Source of the DNA: Candidatus Zapsychrus exili
GTDB taxonomy: Bacteria > Omnitrophota > Gorgyraeia > Zapsychrales > Zapsychraceae
Assembly (NCBI GenBank): GCA_030765585.1
Contig: JAVCCJ010000061.1
Span: 1 to 44,072 of the forward strand
Direction of reading: 5' to 3'
DNA length: 44,072 bases
The first letter of the stretch is position 1. The number at the start of each line of letters is the position of its first letter. A model generated the notes under the pieces. The model did no database searches. It saw only the letters and a list, made by a program, of their open reading frames with translations, and had not been told where the DNA came from. The position numbers and the translations under genes are program-made. Positions 1-7,359 of the stretch are shown piece by piece.

Positions 1-32
1 AACACTTTAAAATTATTTAATAATTCTTTTTT

Positions 33-136
33 CCTTCTCCCCTTTGGGGAGAAGACCTGTCTTTCTTTAGGAAGACAGAGATGAGGGGTAAGAATAAAAG
101 CCCCTCACCCTAACCCTCTCCCCAAAGTGGAGAGGG
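33..136. repeat. BoxC/REP-like composite palindromic element
   Basis: GC-rich island with several hairpins: CTTCTCCCC-TTT-GGGGAGAAG (34-54), CTGTCTT...AAGACAG (57-78), TGAGGGG...CCCCTCA and CCCTCTCC-CCAAAGT-GGAGAGGG (114-136). The CCCCTCACCCTAACCCTCTCCCC core matches the widespread boxC-type repeat. Confidence 0.75.
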
Positions 137-372
137 AAAATTTCTTTTTGAAATCAATCATTTCTTCTACTAATCTGTTACCAAAATAGTGAAGAATTAC
201 AGCGTAACTAGGACAATTACATAACTTAACACCAAATATCCAATATCTAAAACCTGTAATCTAACGCTCTAATCCCACAATATTTCTAATAAATAGAGGA
301 TTAGTAAGTTGATATCCCATAATATACTAATTAATGTAGGATAAATAGCTATCATAACCCAAATTTATACAT

Positions 373-405
373 AAAAAAGCCCCACACCGCGTAGGGTGCA
401 GGGCT
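373..405 (-). terminator. Rho-independent terminator of the FKBP gene
   Basis: Minus strand reads AGCCCTGCACC-CTACGC-GGTGTGGGGCT followed by a T-run, 25 nt after the stop at 430. Confidence 0.85.
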
Positions 406-429
406 AATTATTAAGTTAAATTCTAAATC

Positions 430-957
430 TTATTCAGCAGCTTTTTCAACATCTGTAACATCTATAACTTTAACATCAAACTCTAAAGTCTTGCCAGCTA
501 AAGGATGATTGTAATTTACAACAATAGATTCATCTTTTACTTCCCAAACAATACCTGCAAGGGCTGTATTATCAGAATTTTGTATTTGAATAACTGTTCC
601 TGGTTGTGGCTTATAAGCGTCTGGAAAAGCTATTTTTGGAACATCTTTAAATGACTCTGGAACTACTTGACCGTAAGCATCTTCAGGGGCAACAGTAATA
701 ACCTTTTCGTCTCCAATTTTTAAACCATCTAATTGTTTTTCTAATCCAGGAATAATCTGATTTGCTCCCTTAGTAAAAACTAAAGGCGCCTTTCCTACTG
801 TTGTCTCAACAACTTGATCATCAATTTTTAAAGTGTAATCAAACTTTATGCTTTTTCCATCTTCTACTTTAACAGCTTTTTTTGCTAAACAGTAAGAAGA
901 CCCAAGAACCAAAGAAAGAACTGTGGCTATTGCAATTACTTTTAAAGTTTTTGACAT
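430..957 (-). CDS. FKBP-type peptidyl-prolyl isomerase, SlyD/FkpB-like, with N-terminal signal peptide
   Basis: Motifs IIPGLEKQL.G..IG, V.PEDAYG and NHPLAGKTL.FDVKV, plus the IF insert. Hydrophobic N-terminus ending in CLA. AAGGAGG RBS upstream. Confidence 0.92.
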   Translation of the reverse strand: MSKTLKVIAIATVLSLVLGSSYCLAKKAVKVEDGKSIKFDYTLKIDDQVVETTVGKAPLVFTKGANQIIPGLEKQLDGLKIGDEKVITVAPEDAYGQVVPESFKDVPKIAFPDAYKPQPGTVIQIQNSDNTALAGIVWEVKDESIVVNYNHPLAGKTLEFDVKVIDVTDVEKAAE

Positions 958-1000
958 TCGATACCTCCTTGAAACAAACGATTAAAATTAATTTAATTAA

Positions 1001-1041
1001 TATGTTGTATAACATACACTTATTGATAAATTTTGTCAATA
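1001..1041 (-). promoter_or_regulatory. Putative sigma70 promoter of the FKBP gene overlapped by two imperfect palindromes
   Basis: TTGACA (1039-1034), 17 nt, TATGTT (1016-1011). Palindromes TATGTT-GTAT-AACATA (1001-1016) and TATTGATAAA-T-TTTGTCAATA (1021-1041). Confidence 0.45.
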
Positions 1042-1091
1042 GTTCATTAGGCAAAGAAATCTGTTTATTTTGAAGTTCTTGGGGAAAAATA

Positions 1092-1814
1092 CTATTTCTT
1101 AGGCTTTCTTTTAGCTTTTTCTCTGTAAAGAAGTTTCCAAGGATTTAGTTTAAGATCATTGCTTAATTCTTCTAAATTTTTAGAGGCTTGATTAAGATTT
1201 ACCACTATACTATCAATTGATTTTTCATTTGTCTTAAGACGCTCATCTACGCTTGCTGTTATAGAAGATACATTACCCATTGTCTCATTTACGCTCGACA
1301 CTATCTCGTCAATTGCATCCTTATTAACTTTAAGACGTTCGTTTATATTTTGCGATATCTCTTTTAACTGCACCGCGACCTCTTTTCCCTCTAAAAGAAG
1401 CTGTCCAAAATCTGATGGCTCCTCACCTACAATAAGCGTTCCGCTGGGCAAATAGTCTCCTCTTGCACCAGCTGACACAAGGCCGACATATTTTTCTCCC
1501 ATGAATCCTAAATTCTTAATATATGCTTTACTTCCCTTTCTAAGCTTTGCTTTTCCCTTTAAAAATAAAACTAATTCTATTTTAGTTACGTCCTCTTTAT
1601 CTTTTACAATCACATCTCTTACAATGCCTACCTCAAGACCATTAAACATAACAGGAGAATTTGTGCTTACTCCATCTACATTTTCAAACTCAACTCTAAC
1701 TATTGTTCCGGTCTTTGAAAAATTAAAGTTTCCCGTCCTTAGTGTTAATATCAACAAGGACGCAAAAACTGCAAAGGTCATTATTCCTATTTTTATTTCA
1801 TTATTAAATCTCAT
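1092..1814 (-). CDS. mlaD: MCE/MlaD lipid-transport subunit
   Basis: N-terminal TM anchor, MCE motif F.NVDG...SPVMFNGLEVG.V and GFMGEKYV, C-terminal coiled coil ending NPWKLL. GGAGG RBS. Confidence 0.92.
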   Translation of the reverse strand: MRFNNEIKIGIMTFAVFASLLILTLRTGNFNFSKTGTIVRVEFENVDGVSTNSPVMFNGLEVGIVRDVIVKDKEDVTKIELVLFLKGKAKLRKGSKAYIKNLGFMGEKYVGLVSAGARGDYLPSGTLIVGEEPSDFGQLLLEGKEVAVQLKEISQNINERLKVNKDAIDEIVSSVNETMGNVSSITASVDERLKTNEKSIDSIVVNLNQASKNLEELSNDLKLNPWKLLYREKAKRKPKK

Positions 1815-1834
1815 ATAAAAACCTCCTCCATTTA

Positions 1835-2611
1835 TTATTCTTTTACTTCATTTAAAAGAATCGGACCATCAATATTTCCATTAATAAATTGTTGAACTAT
1901 TTCGTTAGAAGAATTTCTTATTTGTTCTGTTGTTCCAACCTCTAAAAGCTCACCTTTATAAAGCATCGCAACCCTATCTGCGATACGAAAAACGCTTTCC
2001 ATGTTATGAGTCACAACAATCGAAGTAATTTTAAGTTTTTTAGTTAAATCAACGATAAGCTGATCAACAACAGCACAAACAACCGGATCTAATCCAGCTG
2101 TTGGCTCGTCGTAGAAAACAATATCTGGATCCATTGCAATTGCGCGCGCTAAGCCTACACGCTTTTTCATTCCTCCGGATATCTCGCTTGGCAAATAATC
2201 TTCAAATCCAGCTAAACCAACTAAATTTAATTTCATCTTAGATATCATACTTATTATTTTAGCATCAAGACCAGTATGTTCTTTTAGAGGCAAACTTACA
2301 TTTCCTTCTACCGTTAAAAAATCAAGAAGCGCTGCTGACTGAAAACACATTCCAAAACGCTTTCTGATTTGCTCTTTTTGCTCAACACTTAAGTCTATTA
2401 AACTCTTATCATTGAAAGATACGTTTCCCGAATCAAAGCCAATTACACCTGCCATTATTCTAAGCAATGTACTTTTACCGCTTCCTGACCCTCCCATAAT
2501 TACAAAGATCTCTCCCTGATGCACATCAAAATTTATATCCTCAAGCACAACTCTATCCTGAAAAGTCTTTTTTATATTTTTAACCGATATTACTGTTTTT
2601 TTATTTTCCAT
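1835..2611 (-). CDS. mlaF: MlaF-type ABC ATPase
   Basis: Walker A GGSGSGKS, signature ISGGMKKRVGLARA, Walker B FYDEPTAGLDP and H-loop VTH. Confidence 0.95.
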   Translation of the reverse strand: MENKKTVISVKNIKKTFQDRVVLEDINFDVHQGEIFVIMGGSGSGKSTLLRIMAGVIGFDSGNVSFNDKSLIDLSVEQKEQIRKRFGMCFQSAALLDFLTVEGNVSLPLKEHTGLDAKIISMISKMKLNLVGLAGFEDYLPSEISGGMKKRVGLARAIAMDPDIVFYDEPTAGLDPVVCAVVDQLIVDLTKKLKITSIVVTHNMESVFRIADRVAMLYKGELLEVGTTEQIRNSSNEIVQQFINGNIDGPILLNEVKE

Positions 2612-2617
2612 CCTAAT

Positions 2618-3442
2618 TTATACTCCCCAAAAGAAATAAATTCCTGTCATAAAACAATCTGCAACTATTACAAGAATAAAACTTGTTACAACGCTTACCG
2701 TTGTCGCACGTCCAACACCCACTGCACCACCCTTTGTTTTAAGCCCCTGATAAACTCCTACCATTGTAATAATGATTGCAAAAATAAATGCCTTAGACAA
2801 TCCAGTGTATATATCTTTAAGCGTTAAAAATTTCCACGTAATATTCATATAAAGACCTGGGTTTATCTTTAAACTAAATACTCCGACGACATATCCGCCA
2901 ATAATACCAGCGACATCTCCTATTACCGTAAGAAACGGAAGCATTATGAATAAAGCAACTAGCTTAGGCACAGCCAAATATCTAATAGGACTTATTGCCA
3001 TTGTATCTAACGCTTCAATCTGTTCATTTACCTTCATTGAACCTATCTCGGCAGTTATTGCAGCACCTATTCGTCCGGCAATAACAAGTGCTGTCAACAC
3101 AGGTCCTAACTCACGACAAATAGAAATTGTGACTAGACTTGCAACATAAATAACTCCGCCCATCTTTTCTAACTGGTGGGCAGACTGCATGGCTAATACC
3201 ATTCCAGTGAAAAATGTTACAAAGAAAACTATTAGGATTGACTGAAACCCCATAAAAACCATTTGGTCGAATGCCGAAGAAAAGTTTATGGGCTTCTTTT
3301 TGAAAGGACCTAAAAATATCCAGTAGATGGTTTCAAACAATAGCTTAGCAAAATCTACAAAAATTGTTATCCACGCCTTAACGCACTTTCCTATTATTTC
3401 AAAAAAATCTAACATCTTAGAAAGAAGTATTCTTATCATCAA
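2618..3442 (-). CDS. mlaE: MlaE-type ABC permease
   Basis: RELGPVLTALVIAGRIGAAITAEIGSMKVNEQIEAL and GGAVGVGRATT.SVV motifs. Confidence 0.95.
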   Translation of the reverse strand: MMIRILLSKMLDFFEIIGKCVKAWITIFVDFAKLLFETIYWIFLGPFKKKPINFSSAFDQMVFMGFQSILIVFFVTFFTGMVLAMQSAHQLEKMGGVIYVASLVTISICRELGPVLTALVIAGRIGAAITAEIGSMKVNEQIEALDTMAISPIRYLAVPKLVALFIMLPFLTVIGDVAGIIGGYVVGVFSLKINPGLYMNITWKFLTLKDIYTGLSKAFIFAIIITMVGVYQGLKTKGGAVGVGRATTVSVVTSFILVIVADCFMTGIYFFWGV

Positions 3443-3455
3443 ATTATTTCTATTA

Positions 3456-3839
3456 TTATTTATTAATATTTAATAATTCTGCTATTTTATCAAGAAGATC
3501 GTCGATAACAATAGGTTTTGTCAGGTAGGCATCAGCGCCCATTTCTTGACCTATTTTTAAATCATCTTCTTTATCTCTTGAAGTAAGAAAAATTATTGGC
3601 ATCTGACTATAATTTTCATTCGACTTAAGCAAGCGACAAAGATTATAACCATTTATTACAGGCATCATAACATCTAACACTGCAAGATCAGGTGATTGGT
3701 CTATTGCTATTTGAAGCCCTTCAGCCGCATCGTTTGCCGATATTACAGTGTAGCCATTATCCGCCAATCTTGCTTCAAGAAGCTTAGTAACAACGCAGTC
3801 ATCATCAACAACCAATATTGTTTTATCATTGTCACTCAT
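3456..3839 (-). CDS. Single-domain response regulator
   Basis: VVDDD, LDVMMP phosphoacceptor, T and KP motifs; no output domain. Ends 13 bp upstream of mlaE. Confidence 0.92.
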   Translation of the reverse strand: MSDNDKTILVVDDDCVVTKLLEARLADNGYTVISANDAAEGLQIAIDQSPDLAVLDVMMPVINGYNLCRLLKSNENYSQMPIIFLTSRDKEDDLKIGQEMGADAYLTKPIVIDDLLDKIAELLNINK

Positions 3840-3878
3840 AAAATTAGATTCTTTCCTGATTAAATTAAATGAAAGAAT

Positions 3879-3935
3879 GATTACACAGATTAAAAAAATG
3901 CAATCCGTGTAATCTTTTTTAAAATCAGTGTAATC
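3879..3935. repeat. GATTACACAGATT / AATCnGTGTAATC inverted repeat set
   Basis: GATTACACAGATT (3879-3891) is followed by two reverse-complement copies, AATCCGTGTAATC (3902-3914) and AATCAGTGTAATC (3923-3935). Confidence 0.75.
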
Positions 3936-3938
3936 GAA

Positions 3939-3973
3939 ATCATTGATGTATTTTTCAAAAACACATCAATGAT
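3939..3973 (-). repeat. Long AT-rich hairpin, possible terminator or operator
   Basis: ATCATTGATGTATTTTT-C-AAAAACACATCAATGAT; the single mismatch becomes a G-U pair on the minus-strand RNA. Confidence 0.6.
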
Positions 3974-4079
3974 CCTAAAATTATTTTACTCTTCTATCAG
4001 GCTAAAACAAGACAAAGATTATTAAATAATATTAAGATTAAAAATACTAATAAAGTATAAATTAAAATCTTAGGAAAGA

Positions 4080-4709
4080 TTATTCTAGGAGTTTACTCGC
4101 GTGGGTGGCTGCATCTATTATTTCATTTACAACTTTTACAGATTCCTCAATAATTTCTTTATCTGTTCTATTTTTTACTAAACCATCTTCAATATTATCT
4201 CTATAATTCTCACATTTATTAATCATTATTCCCAAAAGATTAGCTATATTATGCTTCATCTTTGAAAAGTTATCTTTGTCTTGAACATTTGGTTCATTTT
4301 GAGGATAACCGCTTTTTATGTATTCTTTACCTAAAACCTTACATAATGTTTCTTTAAGCGTTTTTAATGGTATTGGTTTAAGCAAAATCTCGCTCACATC
4401 GTATCTTGCGATATCTTCTCTTAAATTCTTGTTATCTATATCTCCTGTCATTACAATAAATTTTATATACTTATCATATTCTCTTACACCTGATAAAACA
4501 TCTATTCCGCTTATATCATTCATTATCAAATCCAATAAAACCACATCTGGTCTCATTCTTTTTATAAACTCTAAAGCTTGTTTTCCGTTTGTGGCTACAG
4601 CTACTTCGTATCCGCTTCTGCTTAAATTAGTTTTTAATATGTCGCATACATCTATTTCATCATCAACAACAAGTATTTTTTGCTTTTCATGATTCATAGT
4701 GAACTCCAT
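4080..4709 (-). CDS. Response regulator with C-terminal DHp (HisKA)-like helical hairpin and no ATPase domain
   Basis: Receiver motifs VVDDE, LLDLIM, MTG and KP. C-terminal ~65 aa with an H-box-like KHNIANLLGIM followed by two amphipathic helices. Confidence 0.85.
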   Translation of the reverse strand: MEFTMNHEKQKILVVDDEIDVCDILKTNLSRSGYEVAVATNGKQALEFIKRMRPDVVLLDLIMNDISGIDVLSGVREYDKYIKFIVMTGDIDNKNLREDIARYDVSEILLKPIPLKTLKETLCKVLGKEYIKSGYPQNEPNVQDKDNFSKMKHNIANLLGIMINKCENYRDNIEDGLVKNRTDKEIIEESVKVVNEIIDAATHASKLLE

Positions 4710-4833
4710 AAGGTTTTTATTTATAATATCAAATTATCATACCGACAAGATAATTTCAAGGTAAGTAGAGTATAATTTTCTCTTATTTAAATAAACTACT
4801 AAAATACTACATTTAAAAAAGCTCTGTTTTGTC

Positions 4834-5064
4834 TTAGCTCAAACATCCAGTAAGGGTCAATTCGTGCTGATCTGAAGCTTCAAATGATTCGGGAGATATG
4901 TATCTTTCAAAAGCTCCATACCTTTTTGTCACTTCAAACGCTTCTTCTTTTTTATCTTGTGACAAAAGAGTTATTATTTGACGTATATGCTTGCCCTTAT
5001 CTAAACTAACCATAACTTTTAAACTTCCTTTGTTTTTATCGCTCATTACAAGTAAAACTCTCAT
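4834..5064 (-). CDS. Hypothetical 76-aa protein
   Basis: Strong AAAGGAGG RBS and a near-consensus promoter directly upstream; no recognisable domain. Confidence 0.75.
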   Translation of the reverse strand: MRVLLVMSDKNKGSLKVMVSLDKGKHIRQIITLLSQDKKEEAFEVTKRYGAFERYISPESFEASDQHELTLTGCLS

Positions 5065-5099
5065 ATTTGGCGCCTCCTTTCTCTCCTTCTCTTAAAACA

Positions 5100-5128
5100 A
5101 GTATAAAACACTTTTGTGCGTTTGTCAA
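5100..5128 (-). promoter_or_regulatory. Sigma70 promoter of the 76-aa gene
   Basis: TTGACA (5128-5123), 17 nt, TATACT (5105-5100). Confidence 0.75.
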
Positions 5129-5203
5129 TATTTTATGTATATTACGCACATTATCACAACTTACTCTAACGCAGTCATTTACATACCTGCAACACATCTA
5201 TTA

Positions 5204-5219
5204 CGCAATAAATATGCCA
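5204..5219 (-). promoter_or_regulatory. Sigma54 (-24/-12) promoter-like site facing the 76-aa gene
   Basis: TGGCATATTTATTGCG has the exact GG-N10-GC spacing of the consensus TGGCACG-N4-TTGCW. Confidence 0.6.
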
Positions 5220-5244
5220 TTGTCTATAAATATGCACATTAATC

Positions 5245-5273
5245 TTGAATTTATTTAATTAACATTGTATAAT
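5245..5273 (+). promoter_or_regulatory. Sigma70 promoter giving a probable leaderless mRNA for the HTH-cupin gene
   Basis: TTGAAT (5245-5250), 17 nt, TATAAT (5268-5273), 6 nt, ATG (5280); no SD sequence. Confidence 0.7.
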
Positions 5274-5279
5274 CATATT

Positions 5280-5834
5280 ATGAAGCTTTATGAAAAAATA
5301 AATGAAACGCTAGCAAACCGAAGCTTAAAAATTATCAACCTACACAGAAAAATAGTTGATAGTTTTGGATCTGAAGCGATAAGCCACACAACTCTTTATA
5401 GAGCTTTAACTGGAAAATCAAGTCTTCGCGAATCTTCTATATTTCAAATAGCAACAGCACTTGAAATTAAAACATCAGAGCTTAAAAAGAACACTGAAGT
5501 TCAAGATAAATTTAGCATATTTGAATATAATGATAATGCCTATCTTGAGATATCAAATGATTTACTTGAATTCTTACCTGCTAAACTTGTTATTAAGCCT
5601 TTAGGTAGAACAGAAATCCTACAAGATCCGCAAGAAAAAGGTGAATTTTATAAATGGAGTTTTGGACTAAAAGGAGAGATTGTTTGTACTATAATATTTG
5701 ATGACAAAGCGGAGAAGCATACTATAGGCAAAAATGATACATTTACCTTTAACAGTACAAATAAACATTATTACGAAAATACAACAAATAAAACCGCATC
5801 AGCTATTGTTGTTCAAAATCCAAAGTATCTGTAG
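5280..5834 (+). CDS. XRE-like HTH plus cupin transcriptional regulator
   Basis: HTH-like ISHTTLYRALTG...IFQIATALEIKTSEL and C-terminal cupin GLKGEI...GKNDTFTFNSTNKHYYEN. ATG 5280 is preferred over TTG 5265, which overlaps the -10 box. Confidence 0.85.
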   Translation: MKLYEKINETLANRSLKIINLHRKIVDSFGSEAISHTTLYRALTGKSSLRESSIFQIATALEIKTSELKKNTEVQDKFSIFEYNDNAYLEISNDLLEFLPAKLVIKPLGRTEILQDPQEKGEFYKWSFGLKGEIVCTIIFDDKAEKHTIGKNDTFTFNSTNKHYYENTTNKTASAIVVQNPKYL

Positions 5835-6225
5835 ATTCTTTTCTAAGACTCAACTTTCCTTTACTCTCTAAAATTAATGCAACCTTCTCTTTAAGTACTT
5901 TAAGAGATATTGGTTTTGGCATATATTCTACTTCAAGATCGATTAATTTATTTGCCATCTCCGACGAATCCCACTTTGTTACAACTATTATTGCAATCGA
6001 CGCGTAAAGCTCTTTTGCTCGTTCTAAAACTTCTTGACCGCTTATCCCTGGCATAGTTATGTCTGATATCAAAATATCATATTCTTTTAACTCTAATTTT
6101 TCTATTGCCTTGTAACCGTTATCCGCATCTGCTATCTCACAAACTATTCTATTTGCAAGATATTCTCTTATATTTTCTCTATTTTCTTTCTCATCATCAA
6201 CAATAAGTATTTTTGCAATATTCAT
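5803..6225 (-). CDS. Single-domain response regulator
   Basis: IVDDE, ISDITMPG, VT and KP motifs; AGGAGG RBS. The 3' end overlaps the convergent HTH-cupin gene by 32 bp. Confidence 0.9.
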   Translation of the reverse strand: MNIAKILIVDDEKENRENIREYLANRIVCEIADADNGYKAIEKLELKEYDILISDITMPGISGQEVLERAKELYASIAIIVVTKWDSSEMANKLIDLEVEYMPKPISLKVLKEKVALILESKGKLSLRKESTDTLDFEQQ

Positions 6226-6250
6226 AGTCTCGCCTCCTATAATTAAAATT

Positions 6251-6637
6251 TTAGACTTCTTGTTTCTCTGTATTTAAAAGTCTTTTAACTTCTAAGCCCA
6301 CAGTTGACTCCAAATAGGTTATATTAATAGGCTTTTCAACATAGTCATCTGCCCCAAGAAGCATGGCTTCTTTTTTTACAGAATCTTCTGCCGCGCAAGT
6401 TATTATTATAACCTTAGATTCTTTGCTGACCTCTTTTATCCTTACAAGAGCCTCTATGCCATTCATTGTGCCCATTCTTATATCAAGTAAAATAATATCA
6501 GGTTTCTCTACTTGAGTAATTGCAATTCCATCATAAGCATTATAGGCCGTAAAGACCTCCAAGCCCCTTGAAACAAAAAAATCTTTTAAATGTTCTACCG
6601 TGTCTTTCTCGTCGTCAATTATCAATAATTTAATCAT
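6251..6637 (-). CDS. Single-domain response regulator
   Basis: IIDDE, LLDIRMG, IT and KP motifs. Confidence 0.92.
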   Translation of the reverse strand: MIKLLIIDDEKDTVEHLKDFFVSRGLEVFTAYNAYDGIAITQVEKPDIILLDIRMGTMNGIEALVRIKEVSKESKVIIITCAAEDSVKKEAMLLGADDYVEKPINITYLESTVGLEVKRLLNTEKQEV

Positions 6638-6657
6638 TTTTATCCAATCTCCTATTT

Positions 6658-6921
6658 TTATTGTTGCTCTATATCCTTATCAGGGTCAATGCTTTGATAT
6701 ATACACTTTTTAAGTGGTATCATAATTTTATCTGCGCTCATTGCATATCCTTCTATTTTCTTTAAAGATTCTTTTATTTTGTTTAATTCATCTTTTAAAT
6801 TCTCTTTTGAAACAGCATCAATATCAGTATTTTCTATCATATCTGCTACAACACTCGAACTTATCGTTATCTTATTATGCCAATTACCTATATCATGAAA
6901 CATATTTTTTATTGTTGTCAT
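6658..6921 (-). CDS. Stand-alone DHp (HisKA-like) protein, putative histidine phosphotransferase or kinase modulator
   Basis: FHDIGNWHNKITI H-box; ungapped manual alignment to the DHp of the 724-aa kinase gives 17/66 identities. AGGAGG RBS. Confidence 0.75.
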   Translation of the reverse strand: MTTIKNMFHDIGNWHNKITISSSVVADMIENTDIDAVSKENLKDELNKIKESLKKIEGYAMSADKIMIPLKKCIYQSIDPDKDIEQQ

Positions 6922-6933
6922 AACACCTCCTAT

Positions 6934-7302
6934 TTATCCATTAGCTGCATCTTTTATTATACATTTAATATCTTCTATTTTTATAGGCTTTGTAATAAAT
7001 TTATAAGCTCCGAAACTATTAGCTTCTTCTTCGTATTCATCCTTATATCCCGAAATAATTATAAATTTTGTATTAGGGAACGAACTCTTAACTTGTTTTA
7101 AAACTTCCATTCCACTCACTTCATCTGCTAGCTGTATATCCAAAAAAACTACGTCTGGTTTTTCTAAATTAATTATCTCTATCGCTTCTCTGCCTTTAGT
7201 TGTTGTTAATACATTATTAAAACCATTAAACTCAAAATAATCCTTTAACATATCTAAAATATCCACTTCGTCTTCTACCAACAATACTTTTAAATTCTCC
7301 AC
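6934..7302 (-). CDS. Single-domain response regulator
   Basis: LVEDE, FLDIQLAD, ISG and KP motifs; GTG start with an AAGGA RBS. Confidence 0.92.
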   Translation of the reverse strand: MENLKVLLVEDEVDILDMLKDYFEFNGFNNVLTTTKGREAIEIINLEKPDVVFLDIQLADEVSGMEVLKQVKSSFPNTKFIIISGYKDEYEEEANSFGAYKFITKPIKIEDIKCIIKDAANG

Positions 7303-7359
7303 TTATCATTCCTTTCAATTATTTACTACATCTTTTATTCTACATTTTAATTTTTACTC

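Noticed and set aside
73..320. Minus-strand frame from ATG 320 interrupted by one TAG (261-263), possible readthrough or pseudogene
   Set aside because: No RBS, no recognisable protein similarity, it lies after a terminator and runs into a repeat. TAG is used as a normal stop elsewhere in the window.
869..1073. ORFs 869-1054 (-) and 882-1073 (+)
   Set aside because: They overlap the FKBP gene start and promoter and have AT-rich spurious composition.
5067..5258. 63-aa + strand ORF
   Set aside because: It spans the divergent promoter region, has a TTG start without RBS and no domain features.
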